DNA from: Lama guanicoe
Lineage: Eukaryota
DNA: 64,000 bases
Assembly: GCA_013239625.1 (NCBI GenBank)
Contig: MU053934.1
Coordinates: 5,102,399 to 5,166,398, forward strand
Direction: 5' to 3'
Numbering within the stretch: the first letter of the stretch is position 1; every line of letters begins with the position of its first letter. The notes under the pieces are model-generated. The model saw only the letters and a list, made by a program, of their open reading frames with translations. It searched no databases and had not been told where the DNA came from. Shown in pieces: positions 51,585-64,000 of this stretch. Made by a program: the position numbers and the translations under genes.

Positions 51585-52000
51585 TTTTAAAAAACAACTT
51601 TATTGAGGTATAATTTACATATTATAAAATTCACCCATTATAGGTATACATTTTTAGTAAATCTATGCAGTTGTGTAATCATCATCACAACTCAATTTTA
51701 GAACATTTCCATCAGCCCAAAGAGACCCTTTATGGTCATTTGCTGCCAGTCCTTGTTCCCACTCCCATCCCTAGGCAACCATTAATTTACTTCATCTCTA
51801 TAGATTTGACTTTTGTGAATGTTGCATTTAAGTAGAATCATAAAATATGTAGCGTTCATGGTGGCTTCTTTCACCAAGCATGTCTTTGAGGTTCACCCAT
51901 GTTGTACAATATCAGTAGTTTGTTCCTTTTTATTGCTGAGTAGTTTTCCATTGAATGGATATACCACAGTTTGTTCATTCATCAGTTGATGGAACATTCA
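51585..52000 (-). mobile_element. L1MB-type 3' fragment
   Basis: aacaactttattgaggtataatttacata...aaaattcaccca...ttttagaacatttccatca...cagttgatggaacatt. Confidence 0.85.
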
Positions 52001-53339
52001 CATACAGAAATATTTGTTTTTGACAGTACAGAAATCATTAATAACCAAAGGAGAAAATTAGACAGTTTCATTGCAAAATATTTTAACCCCAAAATGCAAA
52101 TCTTATCTAAGACCATATCAAATTGCATTTTTACGTTACATTAATTCCATATTATCCCTTAAATCCCTTTCTGGGCTTGCAGTTCAACAATAATCCTGTT
52201 GCTCTGTTAAGGCCCTAAAACTTCATACTGTAGAGCTTCATACTTAAAAATTTTTTCATAGTCATTATCACTTGAGCCTCACAGTAGCCTCACGACAGGT
52301 AGGTAAGACAAGTATTATTACTTGTCTCTTATTTGTTGCTACCAGAGGGAGTCTACACCCATATTCTGGGGTAATTGCTATAGAAATCTCATCAAGACCG
52401 TGCTTTCAGTTTGTAGTGTCCGCACAGGATAGGGCAGCACGAAGGGGCTGTTCTCTTATGTGATCCACGTTTGTAGTCTCTGTAGTTTATTCATTCCACA
52501 GATGTCCTTTGAGCATCTACTACTCATCAGACATTGTGCTAGATGTCGAGGATTGAGACGTCAAAGATTTATTAGTTCCTACTCTCACGGAAGTAATTCT
52601 CCATAAGGACTGTGTACAAGAAACTAAACTATTATATTGAGCCATGGGAGCCCAGGGGAAGAGTGTCTTATGAGGAGGGTCTCCGGGGGATAGGGAGGAG
52701 GTTGTCAGAGTGTATTGATAATAGTAATAGCTAATACCTAGCTAATAATGATTCTAGCTAATAATGTTAGCTAGATAATAATACCAGCTAATATTTAGTG
52801 TTTATTCTCTCCTAGGCATGTTCCAAACACTTTGAGTATATTCACTCATTTAATGTTCAAACAACCCACAGAGGCAGGTAATATTTTTTATCCTTTTTTT
52901 GAGGAAGCTACAAAACTAAGGTTGGTAACTTGACCAAGGTCACATGCCCAGTAAATGGCAGATCTGAAATTTGAGCCAGGCAGTGTGGCTCTAAAATCTG
53001 TGTCTCCTGAGAATCTGGTTTCTCACAGGAGATGACACCCAGGCTGTGTCTCAAATGACAGTTTGTACTTAGTTTGGCACAATGATGATTGGGTTTTGTC
53101 TGCATGGTTTTCTACACAGAGAAACATCACCAGTAAAGGAAAAGAAAGCACAGGGTTGAGCACGAGTGTGGCAGACTCCTTGGAGAAAGATAAGTGGCAA
53201 GAAATGAGACTAGAAAGACAGGGCTGGATAATGAAGGGCAGGATGCTAGCTAAGGAATTTGGGTTCTGTAATCTAATTTTTAAGGTTATACCAAAGATGC
53301 CACTTTTTCCTTGTATTAATTTTTTGTTTTGTTTTGCTT

Positions 53340-54580
53340 TTGTTCTTTTTTATCGTGGAGTGTATCACACCACCAGAAAAGTGCATAAAATACAAATGTA
53401 AAACTTAATTATTTTAAAATAACCACCTCTGAGGTCAGTTAATAGGACACTGCAGGACCCAGCAGCCCCTTCTTAGTAACCTTTGCTAGTAATAGGCATC
53501 CTCACGCCCACCTACAGGTGATCACTCTTCTGAGTTCTGTCTTTCCTTTCTACTTCTACCACCCATGTACCTCTGAACATAATAGTTTTGGCTGATTTTG
53601 AACAGAGTCACATGCTATATATTCTTTTGCATGTGGTCATTATGTTTGTGAGATCCATCCATGCTGTTGTGTGTGACTGTTGTTCCTCCATTTTCATTGC
53701 TCTGTGGTATTCCATTTTATGAATATGCCAGAATATATTTACCCATTCTACTATTGAGAATATTTGGGTTGTTCCCAGTTGGGAGCTATTACAAATAGTG
53801 CTGCTCTGAATATTTTTGTATGTATTTCTTGGTGGCTGCACGCATGAATTCTTTGGGGTATGTGCCTGGGAGTGGAATTGCTGGATCATGAAGTATGTCT
53901 GTCTTTAACTTTAGAAGAATAGTGCCAAACTGTTTTCCAAAGTAGGTATAACAGTTTACATTTGCACAAGTAGTGCACGAGAGTTCCTGTTGTTCCATAT
54001 CCTTGGCAGCACTTGTTATTATCAGGTTTAAACATTTGCAGCCATTCTCCTATATAATGATTTATCATTATGATTCTTTTTTTACTTTCCATTTTGGTTT
54101 TCTTTTGTATTTTCCTCACTTACTGTAGACACCTTTTCATATGTTTGTTACCCATTTAGATAATGTAGTTTGGTGATTTGCCTCCTCTAGCCTCTTGCCT
54201 ATTTTCTTGTTGTTATCTTTTAGTTTTTGGAAGGTGGGATCTGATATCAGACTTCCTTGTTCTGTTTTGTTTTATTTTATTTAGTCTTTTTTTAAACTTA
54301 TTAGAACTCTTTATTGTTTTGAATATGAGCCCTTTACTGGTTTTATATGACCTGCTTTTTCATTTTCCTGAGGACGTCTTTTGGTGAACAAAAGCTGAAT
54401 TTTTGTGTCATTATATTTACGTTTTTTTAAATAATAGGTACTTTTTGTTTCCTGTTTAAGAGATCTTTCCCTACCCCTAAGTAATAGAAACTTTATCCCA
54501 CATTATTTTCCAAAAGCTGTATTATTTATCTTTCACATTTGGTATATAGTTCACCTGGAATTGATTTTTGTGTATGGTAA
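53340..54580 (-). mobile_element. L1ME-type 3' fragment
   Basis: ORFs 53608-53998 show decayed ORF2 C-terminal motifs (HDPAIPLPGTYPKE); ggagtggaattgctggatca; ggaattgatttttgtgtatggt. Confidence 0.8.
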
Positions 54581-55084
54581 TTCTGAATTGACTTGTTAGT
54601 GCTCCTGTGCCTTCAAGATATTTTTTGTATTTTGTCCAGATTTTCTGGGCTGTCCTTAGCAAGATAGTTGCTCTGAATTACCTAGTTTACCATTTCCAGA
54701 AGCAGAAATCTCTTTTTAAAGTTTTAGTTTCACTTTGACTTCAGAATGATTTATTCTCTTCTGTAAAGGGGCCTTAATAAATGTTTACTAAAAATAAAAA
54801 ATTAAAAACTGAAAAACTATATAGATTCATGATTGCATTTATGTTTTTTTTTTTATTTAAAAGACTGAAAAGGAAGCTTCTGTTTCATCTGTGCTTCTCT
54901 TAGCTACAAAATACTGTTAGACAACTTAAAGCTTACTACATAAGATGAACAAGTATACTTATTGCAGGATAATTTTAGAACATTATTTTTTAATTTAAAA
55001 TTTTACCATGATTTATACACTATTGAACATTGACTTTGATGATAAAACAGTTTAGCCATGATAATGGCCACCCCCTGCCCCCAT

Positions 55085-55653
55085 CCGTATATTTAAACCT
55101 CTTTTTTGGCCAGAGATGGACTGTATGCAAACCGAGTTCAGAACGCGTTTAATTTGTGCCACAAAATAAGAAGAAAATGTTTTCAGTTTATGGCAACGAG
55201 ATCCATGACATATGACGCTCCAGGAGCTGTTTTTACAGAGCGCAGGATGCACAGGAACGGAAGAGCAAACGTTCATGATTATTGGCAAGGAAAAACTGGC
55301 TACGTGGCTGATGTTAAATGTGCTTTTTAAGACAGCCAGATCAAGAAACGTCTGAAGAATTTGAGACTGTAGCAGTGAGACGATTTTGTAGTTAGTAAAT
55401 AGAGCCTGGGGAAGCCACAGCACGGCGGTTTCTTGTGAGCCGTTTACAGCTCGGAGGAGGAGAGCACAGTGTAGGCGCCAGAGAGGAAACCCTGACATGG
55501 CCTCCAGGGAATGTTGCCGGCGGCGGTGGGGCCGCTTCCGCAGGCACAGACGCTCCGCGGAGCGAGGGGAGGCTTCTGGTCCCCACCTTGCCCTTCCGTT
55601 TCTGCCTCTAGGTTCACCATGGAGGTGGGCCTGGTTGGAGCAAGATTTTAGGG
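55085..55653. promoter_or_regulatory. Intronic CpG-retaining patch (candidate enhancer or alternative promoter)
   Basis: Roughly 25 CpGs in ~480 bp versus very few in the flanks; RFX-like GTTTATGGCAAC (55186-55197); ETS-like CGCTTCCG near 55533; not recognisable to me as a repeat. Confidence 0.45.
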
Positions 55654-55741
55654 GTAAGCATTGCGTGCTTGGAAGTTATGTCTCTCCAGCCACTCACTTC
55701 CAGTCCTTGCTTATATCATTTTTTTTTCTCTGTTGAAATGT

Positions 55742-56240
55742 ATGATTACCCCAGGTGTGGTCCATGGATCCCTCCCCGCCACCCATCCAGACCCTTCAGG
55801 GGGCCCATGAAATCACAGCTATTTTATTAACACTGAGATGATAATATGCCTTTTAAACTCATTCTCTCATGAGTGTACAGTGGACTTTTCCAGAGGCGAC
55901 ATGACATGCGATACAGCAAAAGGTTGAATGCTAGGATACAGCTGTTGTCTGATATTTGCAAAGTATCAAAGATATTTGCACAAATGTAAAACAATGACAC
56001 TTCTCTCAAAGTTTTTATCCTTTAAAATATTATTTTAATTAAAAATGTTAACATGTAATCATTTATTATTTGTAAGTTTAAATATTTATGAATATTTTAA
56101 ATTTTTTATAGTTTTAATTTTTGATGTGGTAAATATTGATAATTACAACCCACATAAACAAAAGCTTTGTGGGTGGGGGGTCGTTAGTCATTTTAAGAGT
56201 GTAATAAGATCCTGAGACCAAAAAGTTTGAGAATCATTGA
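55742..56240 (-). mobile_element. Charlie1/MER119-like hAT DNA transposon derivative
   Basis: ctcattctctcatgagtgtacagtggacttttccagaggc; end cataaacaaaagct...tcctgagaccaaaaagtttgagaatcattg. Confidence 0.8.
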
Positions 56241-59200
56241 TTTAAATCCTGTCAACTCCAGCTGAAATCTTAGTTTCTCTTTGAAGGCTGCACAGATTGT
56301 CTAGCCCACTGTTTCTTCTGCATCCTCAAAACTTCTGTGCGACATGGCTAAGTGCTTAGTTTTTGTGGAATTGTTAGGTGTGCTAGTTTCTTCTTATCTA
56401 CAGTGTAAGACCTCTGAGGACAGGGATCATATCTTAAATGAGAGTTTTTTTGAGATTTCCATGATGTATGTTGCCGAGCACAGCATAATTAGTTGTCCGT
56501 GGTTATTCATATTGTTATTATCTTCAATATCAATATTAAAATTTCCCTTACTCACTGGTTTATTGGAGAACCAGTATGCATTTGTAATTTTGTGAACAAC
56601 TTTAATAGAAATAGCTATTTGATTAAAAAAACTGCATAAAGTTAATATAAAATATGAAAAAAGAATAAAGGCTTTCTGATCATAAATCATCAATAAATTG
56701 GGTACAAAAGTGGTGCTTGTTAACCTCTTTAATTCTTAACATGACCAGCAATTGCAGTAAAACCTCAACGTAAGCCCTTGCTCAGAAAACGCCGAGCATA
56801 GTGCTGGGCTTTTCATAAGCATTGAGTAAAGCTGGTTGAGTTGAATCTGCTGTTCGGATCACTGCCTCCGCTGTTCTGAGGCTGGCAGTCATTATTGCCT
56901 ACCATCCGGCCCCTACTTCCAAGTGACTTGCAGTTTGTATAGGTCTTCAGAGGTAGCCTTACTTTCTGAAGCCCTTTCTGTTAAAGGTTTAACACATTGT
57001 CCTAGACTAAGCCAGAGAGCATTAGTTGTCTTTGACCAAACTGGATTAGTAGTTGAAGGTACGGCACATGCTTTTTTCTTTATCCCTGCTTCAAACTGAG
57101 TTTGTTTTTATTAGGCAACCCTCCCTGACTTAACAGGATATAATAAATTTAACATCTTTATGCTTTAGACCCATAGTTTCTTCATAGCTTCTCCTTGAGA
57201 GTCTGGGTCCATGCAAGTAGCACACTGCCCTGAGCGCCTAGCATTACTTTACCAAGGTGTTCCTGGAACAGAGCATGATACCTGGCAGGTGGCTCATTCG
57301 CTGAGTGAATGATTGGAGTCTATACTGTGGCCCTGGATATACTGTTATGACTGAGAAGCAGGATCCTTACTTGAGTAAACTAAGAATATTGTATTGAGTT
57401 GACACTATTTTTTCCCCCAAAAATGTGTGTTTTATTTATTGGAATATCCTTTGCACTAGCACTGTTTTAAATGATGGTGATACAGTGATAAGAAAACTTA
57501 GGCCCTGCCTGCAGGAAACTTAGAACCTACAAGTCTATGTAACATAAACAAGCCTAGTATAAATATATACCAAGAACAGTTGTCAACCCAGAGAATGGCC
57601 CCTTCCAGAGCACAGGCAGCAAAAGAGAGGAATCAAGACAAACTTCATAGGAAAAGTTTCCCTTTTCTTGCATCCTGAAGGTTGAGAAAAAACTTGCCTT
57701 GTGAGTGAGAGAGTCCAAGTGGAAATAGCATGTACAAAGTTCCAGGCACATGAAACCATGTGGTACTTCAGGGAAACTGAAAGCCTTATGGTTTGGTGAG
57801 ATGAAGCTGAGAGGTGAACTTGTAAAACACGCAGCGGGAATTGGATTTCATCTTGAGAATGGGTGAGACACATTGCAGAGGCACTGTAGTCTTGCACTTC
57901 ATAAAGGTAATTCTAATGGCGATGTGAGTGGGGTGGGTCTTGAGGATAAGAAAACCAGTTTATTGATAATTGGAATAAATCTGGCGAGAAACTGGCAGAA
58001 CTAAGGCAGTGACAGTAGGAATAGGGAAGAAAGTTGAAATACTTGGGGAGAAATATTTGGGAGTTATCAATATAGTTAGTAGTTAAATCTATGGGAGAGG
58101 ATAGGGACATGTGTTTATAATAAAAAATGAAAGAGAAGGGTGAACTTCCGAGGACAATACCAGTCCAGTAGTGAAAGGACAAGTAGAGAAAGACTGTCTA
58201 GCAAAAGACACTGGAAAGAAATGGTCTAAGAGATAGCAGAAGTAATCCATTTGGCCCCTTCTATGGGATGAAGGGACTAAATATATTCATGTCAGTTTGA
58301 GCATCAGAACTGGGCTCAATCCTTGAAGCCAGGAGTTGAGTTGAGTTCCTTTACCACGACCCTTGTACCCTAAATCCTCCATGTATAGAAACAGCAGCTC
58401 CTCACCCAGCAGCACTCTCCCTATGGTGGGACCCTGAAAATCAACATTATTGACAAGAGCCTGGGACTGGTTGCATACCCAAGGGAGACAGGGAGGACCT
58501 AGTCACAGCCAGGGGACCAGGAACTGAAACAGTGCCCCTGCCCAGTGACTGGATTGCAGTATCCTTAACATCAAGATAGGAGAGGAGCTCCCAGATGCCA
58601 AGGCTTCCAGGTCATTCTGATTTTTAAATGCCAGAGAGATTAAAGCAAAACAGTTGAATGATAGCCATTGTATTTGACAACTGGAAGTGATAGGGAAAGA
58701 AGCCAAATTTTGAAGATTAAAAAGTAAATGAGAGAGAAGGATACTGAAACCACAAATAAGAACTTTTAAAGAGCTTGACTAGCAGAAGAAAGAGGGGAGG
58801 GAGGGCGTAAAAGCTGGAGGAGATTTTACGACTAAAGGGATATTTTTAGGAATGAGCAGACTTGAAATATTTAACAGAATTTCCAAAGTGTTGAACTGAG
58901 GTAGAGGTGACCCAAAACTCCAAAGGCAGCATTTCCAAATCTTGGAACAGTAGTAACTCTTGTGTGTTGGTGACTAAATAAACTGTCTGCAGCAGAACTG
59001 CCTCCACCTGTGCTCCTTGGGCTTTTGACTTGATTATTGATAGTACTTAATAGGTTCCTTTTTGCCCGCTTGGGCTGGGTGCCCCGCTTATAGAGCTGGG
59101 TGTGTGGAGCCCTTCTGTCTGCCCCAGGTCTCCTGGTCTGTCCTCGCCTCATGGGAAGACCTTCCTGGCCTCTTTACTAGTGTTTCGCTCCACCCTCTCA

Positions 59201-60331
59201 TCTGCTGCTTCACTTAAGATGTCTCTTCCTGACATCTTGCTTGAAGTTAAGCTGGTTGCCAACAATGGAGGCAGTCAGAATTTTCAGTGCTATTTGTGAC
59301 TAAGTTAAAAGTTTACAGTATATTCATGAGTCTGCATCTCAAGAATTATGCTGGATATCAAACAGATGACAGTGGTGAGTCCTGGGAAGATCAGGACAGG
59401 GAAAGAGAAGATGGTGGTCAAGGGTCTTAACCATATTGCTTGAATTTTTTGAAATGAGAATTAAAATTAAATTTAAAAGAATCATACTAAATAATCAAGT
59501 TTGAAAATTAAACCCTATCATATCAGAGGTGTTATTAATAAGTATAGTTTATGGAATATGTATTTCTTTTAACTTCCCATATTCCCTATGAAAGATTGAG
59601 TTCTAATTACGTCCTGTGAGTTTAGTTACGTACTTGGCTGCGGAGGAACTCTTGAAGTTTGCTTGAAGTTTAGCAGGGCCTGGGAGTTGATTTAGGCCAA
59701 GATTCACCGAACCTTTCCACCCTCCGGTGTGAATTTCAAGACCAATCTGGTTACTCCACGAGAGAAAAGAGAAGACTGGAGCATTTCGAATCATTTACTG
59801 CTGTGGCTACGGGTGATCAGAGGGAAGGATTACAGTGCAGTTCTGAACATTTCAAAAGGATGTTTTAAAGGAATTTGCCATTACTCATACCTTCGAAGGG
59901 AAACAGTGCTGGAGATAACTTCAGCTAGATAATTTAAAATGCTGATTTTAGAAGTAAATTTTGTGTTTATCTTGAATAAGAGTGCATCTGATACAGAGGT
60001 TCACAGCCTTGCAGAGAAAGTAATGAAGCTGTTCTGTAAAAACTGGTTTCCAGAGTACTTGGAAGACCGCCCAGTTTCCCTTGCCTGCCTGCCCTCTAAC
60101 TCCTTTTCCCTCACTGAATGCCGGCAAACATTGGGGACCAACTGCCAAGCAGGCACAGGACACTGGTCCTGTGTGGTCACTGTGTCCTAAGCTTGCCTGT
60201 TAACAAGATATGTAATAATGGGCTGCCTTATGAAGTTAGTACAGAATTTAGACTACTGATAAGTCTAGAGAAGAATATTTAGCTGGGGCAGAAACTAATC
60301 AGAATAGAGAATTGAAAATTAGTCTTTTCTT

Positions 60332-60480
60332 TTTTTCTTTATTCTTTTTTAGTTTTTTTTGGGGGGGCGGGTAGGGATTAGGTTTATTTATTTATTTTTA
60401 GAGGAGGTACTGGGGATTGAACCCAGGACCTCCTACATGCTAAACATGTACTCTACCACTTGAGCTATACCCTCCCACCC
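60332..60480 (-). mobile_element. Camelid-type tRNA-Ala SINE, short form
   Basis: Minus strand GGGAGGGTATAGCTCAAGTGGTAGAGTACATGTTTAGCATGTAGGAGGTCCTGGGTTCAATCCCCAGTACCTCC; TSD AGTCTTTTCTT at 60321 and 60486. Confidence 0.9.
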
Positions 60481-61740
60481 TAGTCAGTCTTTTCTTGATA
60501 GTCTGCGGTTGACAAAAAATTAAAGAATCTGATCTTTATCTGAGGTGCTGAGCGTCACGCATAACCACATAGTTTACATCCTCCGTGAGCGCCAGTCCCC
60601 TCTTGGAAGCTGCAGCTGCTTCAGCTTGCCCCAGCGCACACTGGGGAAACAGCCCCACTGAAATACTGAGCTGCTGGGATCATGTCAAGATTCAGTTCAA
60701 CTTATGTTCTCTGGGCTCTACCTGATACCAAAGTCAAAGATAGTTTAAGACGTAGATAGTCCTTGTTGTGAAGGAGTTCCTGTGGCATGAAGTAAACTGA
60801 CCCATGGATATTACCAGCATTCTCAGAGGAGGAACACTTGGTGCAGCCACGAAGGGTACAGAAAGCTTACAGGAGATAACACTTGAGGCAGATCTGAAAA
60901 GAGTAGAAGGCGATTAGGCAAAGGGCCCTTAGAGACATTAGTGCGTGTGTTGTAAGCCAGGAAACCACGTGCAGTCTGTGTGAACAGAGTGTGAAGTGGT
61001 GGTAGGACTGGAGAGGTCTTGAATTTTACCCTAAGGGTAATGGGGTAGTTATTGACTGAGTTTTGGTCATTCTCTTGTCAAAGGTCAAATTTGCTTTTTA
61101 GAGGAAGATTGCTGTGATAACAGTGTGTATGATAGGAGGCTAAGAATAATAATTAAAATATCATTAATACTCATCATAGTACCACTCCATCTGAGATTTA
61201 TTTATTTAGACAGTGTTAAAAAATAAGCTAAGGTAATGACAGAGAAGAGGGCAGTTAAGATGCTTTCAAGCTTCACTAAAACACCAGCTCAAACATTGTG
61301 ACATAATGTAGGACTAAAGCTGTAATATATATATAATCCATAGCCATGGGGAATGGAATGTGCTTTCTTGGACAGAAACAAGTTGGTTGTGAAATCAGGG
61401 TACCAACTTTCAAATAGTGACAGCTCTTTTTGACAGCAGTGTGGATGCTAATGACAGGTAAATTTTTGCTGAGTTTGCCCAGCATTGTTTCAGCTACCTT
61501 CACACACACAGGTCCAACCTTGAGCAGAATATCCTTCCAGCATTTTTTTTCTGTCATTGTAAAATGAAGGGACTGGCTTGGGGTCTCTAAATATCTAATA
61601 AATGGCTGTCATTTCATGAATATTTATATGTCTGTATATTCACATATATATGAGTATATATTTAACACATAGAAACATTCATCATTAAGTAACATTTTCA
61701 CTGCATTTATTAGGAAATTGCTATCATCCAATTTGATTTT

Positions 61741-61907
61741 TTAAACATTTTTTATTGATTTATAATCATTTTACAATGTTGTGTCAAATTCCAGTGTAGA
61801 GCACAATTTTTCAGTTATACATGAACATATATATATATTCATTGTCTCATTTTTTCCTCTGTGAGCTACCAGAAGATCTTGTATATATTTCCTTGTGCTA
61901 TACATTG
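61741..61907 (-). mobile_element. Young lineage-specific L1, extreme 3' end only, copy 3
   Basis: Near-identical to 20233-20384 (tgtgtcaaattccagtgta.agcacaatttttcagttat); 10-bp TSD ATTTGATTTT at 61731-61740 and 61908-61917. Confidence 0.9.
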
Positions 61908-62693
61908 ATTTGATTTTGAAAAAGCCATTCCAGCAATTAGTTGGAAATGCACCGGGCAGGAGCATGAATAGGCCCAGGAACACCAGCTAAGAGGCCCCAC
62001 AAGTAATAAATGTGATCACTATGAAAATGCATGCTTATGCATTTATGGATCTGAGATACAGCTTGTGAAAGCAGGAATGACAGGATGAGAGGACTGGGGT
62101 GGGGTGAGAAAATCCAGGACAAATCTGAGGTTTTGACCCAAGCACCTTGGTCGGGGATGATACCCTTGATGAAGACAGCAGAGACAGGAGAATGGGGTCT
62201 GGGAGGGTACGGGGCATGAAGAGTGCAGTTTGGGATGTATTAAATCTGCAGTGATTATGAGACATCCTTATGTGAAATGGAGAGGTTGAAAATGTGATTT
62301 GGTATTTTTCTGGTAGAGCAGATAAGGTTAAATAAATAATAAAGGTTTAATATCAGCTTTTAATGTTTCTTCAAAATGGATTTCAGTTCACAATCTTAAT
62401 AACCACTCACCTTTATCAAGCATGTGGTTGGTGCCATGCCCTTCACTAAGGGTTTTACACACATTGCTTTCAAACTTCCAAAGAACCCTATGAGGAAGAT
62501 GCTGTTGTTCGCAGTGTTGAATGAGGAAGCTGAGATTTGAGAGGTTAGGACACTGGCCTGAGAGTCAGTAGCTGGTAGATGGAGAAGCCTGGATTCATAT
62601 GAGGCTGCCTGAATTCAGAACTTACATCTCACCACTTACAGTGGTGTCTGGCTGTGAGCATGTGGCTCATTGCAATTTTCTTCTCTTTTTCAG

Positions 62694-62767
62694 GGTCTTG
62701 GTTTTTGCACTGAATGTAGTCTAGAGTCATCTTCACGGGCTTGTGTTGCCCCAGGATACTGTCAAAG
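62694..62767 (+). other. Probable internal exon (74 nt), likely 5' UTR
   Basis: Branch-like GCTCAT near 62665, polypyrimidine tract ttttcttctctttttCAG|G, and consensus donor AAG|GTAAGT, in non-repetitive sequence on the same strand as exon 1. Confidence 0.65.
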
Positions 62768-64000
62768 GTAAGTTTTAAAAATTGATATCGGCATTCATCT
62801 TAAAAAGAAGAAGAGTACATTTTGATGTTATTGCTCCTGTCCAGAGTTCTTTTTTTTTTCTCCAGAGTTCTTACAAAGGGGTATTTAAAGTGGCCATCAC
62901 ACGGGCCCTTTGCATTTCAACTTCAGTAGGTCCCTTTGAAAAGCAGCTGTATTTAGATTGATACTGACATTTGGTGCCTCATCCTTTAATAAAGCTAGAA
63001 TCTGTTATTCATGTGGCAGTTTTGGAGTTTTATGTGAGCATATCCTAGCTTCTGTTCTGCTGGTCCGTCCCACACTGCTCCTTTGCTTAACCAGCTCTCA
63101 GGGCTCCCCAGTGCTGCAGGTGCCCTCCTACAGACCCCTTCAAAACTTAATTCCAGTCAACATTTCTGGTTTCCCTTTTAGTAAACCCCTATCTGTAAAC
63201 CTTACTGGGCCATTTTGTACTCCCCACATGTATAATTATTTTTCACCACTTTGTGCCTTAGTGGATGCTTTTCTCTTCTCTTAGATTTTGGAAGAGGGGA
63301 GAAGACTGCCGCTATTTACTCTTACTTCTTGTGTCTTTCCTGTTGTCCCCTTCTCCCACACTCCCTTGACAGAATTTTTTTCATCTGTGTTCTAGGAGTA
63401 CCTGTTGTTACTACAGCAATAAAGCATTCATTATTTTACATTAGAGTTATTTATTTGTATCTGTCTCCTTTACTAGTCTCTACCCTTTGAGACTTCCTGG
63501 AAAGGAGCTAACTGTTTTTTTTTTAGTGCCTCTTGGCTGCCTCTGGACACCTTGCTGAGTGCTATACATGTATTGTTTAACTTAATCCTTGTGACACCAC
63601 TTCCTGGCCAGTTTTATGGATGAAAGTAATGAAGATTAGAAAGTTAAGTAACTTGCCCAAGATTACACAGCTAAGAAATGACAAAGAATAATGGTTCTGC
63701 TCCGTCAAAGCCAAAGTTCGTTCTGCTGCACCACACTAGCCCAGCACCATTGGCCTGTGGTAGGGACCTAGTAAATATTTGTTCAATCAACTATTGCAGT
63801 TTAAACAAAAGGGACTTTAGCTGATTAATTCAGTCATTTTTACATAGGAATTTAAATACTTACTAAATGCCAGGTACACGGTTTTACGTAGTCTGTGAAT
63901 ACAGAGATTAATGAGATGAAGTATCTGGTATCAAAGGATTGATAATCCAGTAGGGGAGGGATCTGTGTAACTAAATAAATCCAGTTAAGTGTTACAGGTC

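Noticed and set aside
52718..52795. Short array of AGCTAATA units resembling a repeat-spacer pattern
   Set aside because: Irregular low-complexity expansion at a MIR tail; not CRISPR-like, and the DNA is mammalian.
9045..62767. Naming the host gene
   Set aside because: No recognisable coding exon lies in the window; promoter and intron architecture alone fit many genes.

Overview
Mammalian genomic DNA, very probably camelid (alpaca or camel), inferred from six tRNA-Ala-derived SINEs of the Vic-1 type. About 8.4 kb of repeat-rich upstream sequence is followed by a CpG-island promoter (~8.7-9.9 kb) with nine CCAAT boxes, GC boxes and E2F motifs. A probable non-coding first exon on the + strand ends at a GCG|GTGAGT donor (9282/9283). 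A very long intron (~53 kb) then runs to the best-supported downstream exon, 74 nt at 62694-62767. I cannot recognise a protein-coding exon and cannot name the host gene from sequence alone. Most of the window is interspersed repeats: young and old L1, L2, MIR, hAT and Tigger DNA-transposon fossils, and an MLT1 LTR. It also holds a 3'-truncated U2 snRNA retropseudogene and a 531-N assembly gap. Repeat subfamily names come from recalled consensus similarity, not a database search, and boundaries of old repeats are approximate. I found no convincing new multi-gene system. The best leads are: two independent young L1 insertions that share the same 5' end point and an in-frame ORF2 shortening; a CpG-retaining intronic patch at 55.1-55.65 kb with an antisense 148-codon ORF and a candidate 42-nt uORF exon; and several candidate 5'-UTR exons.
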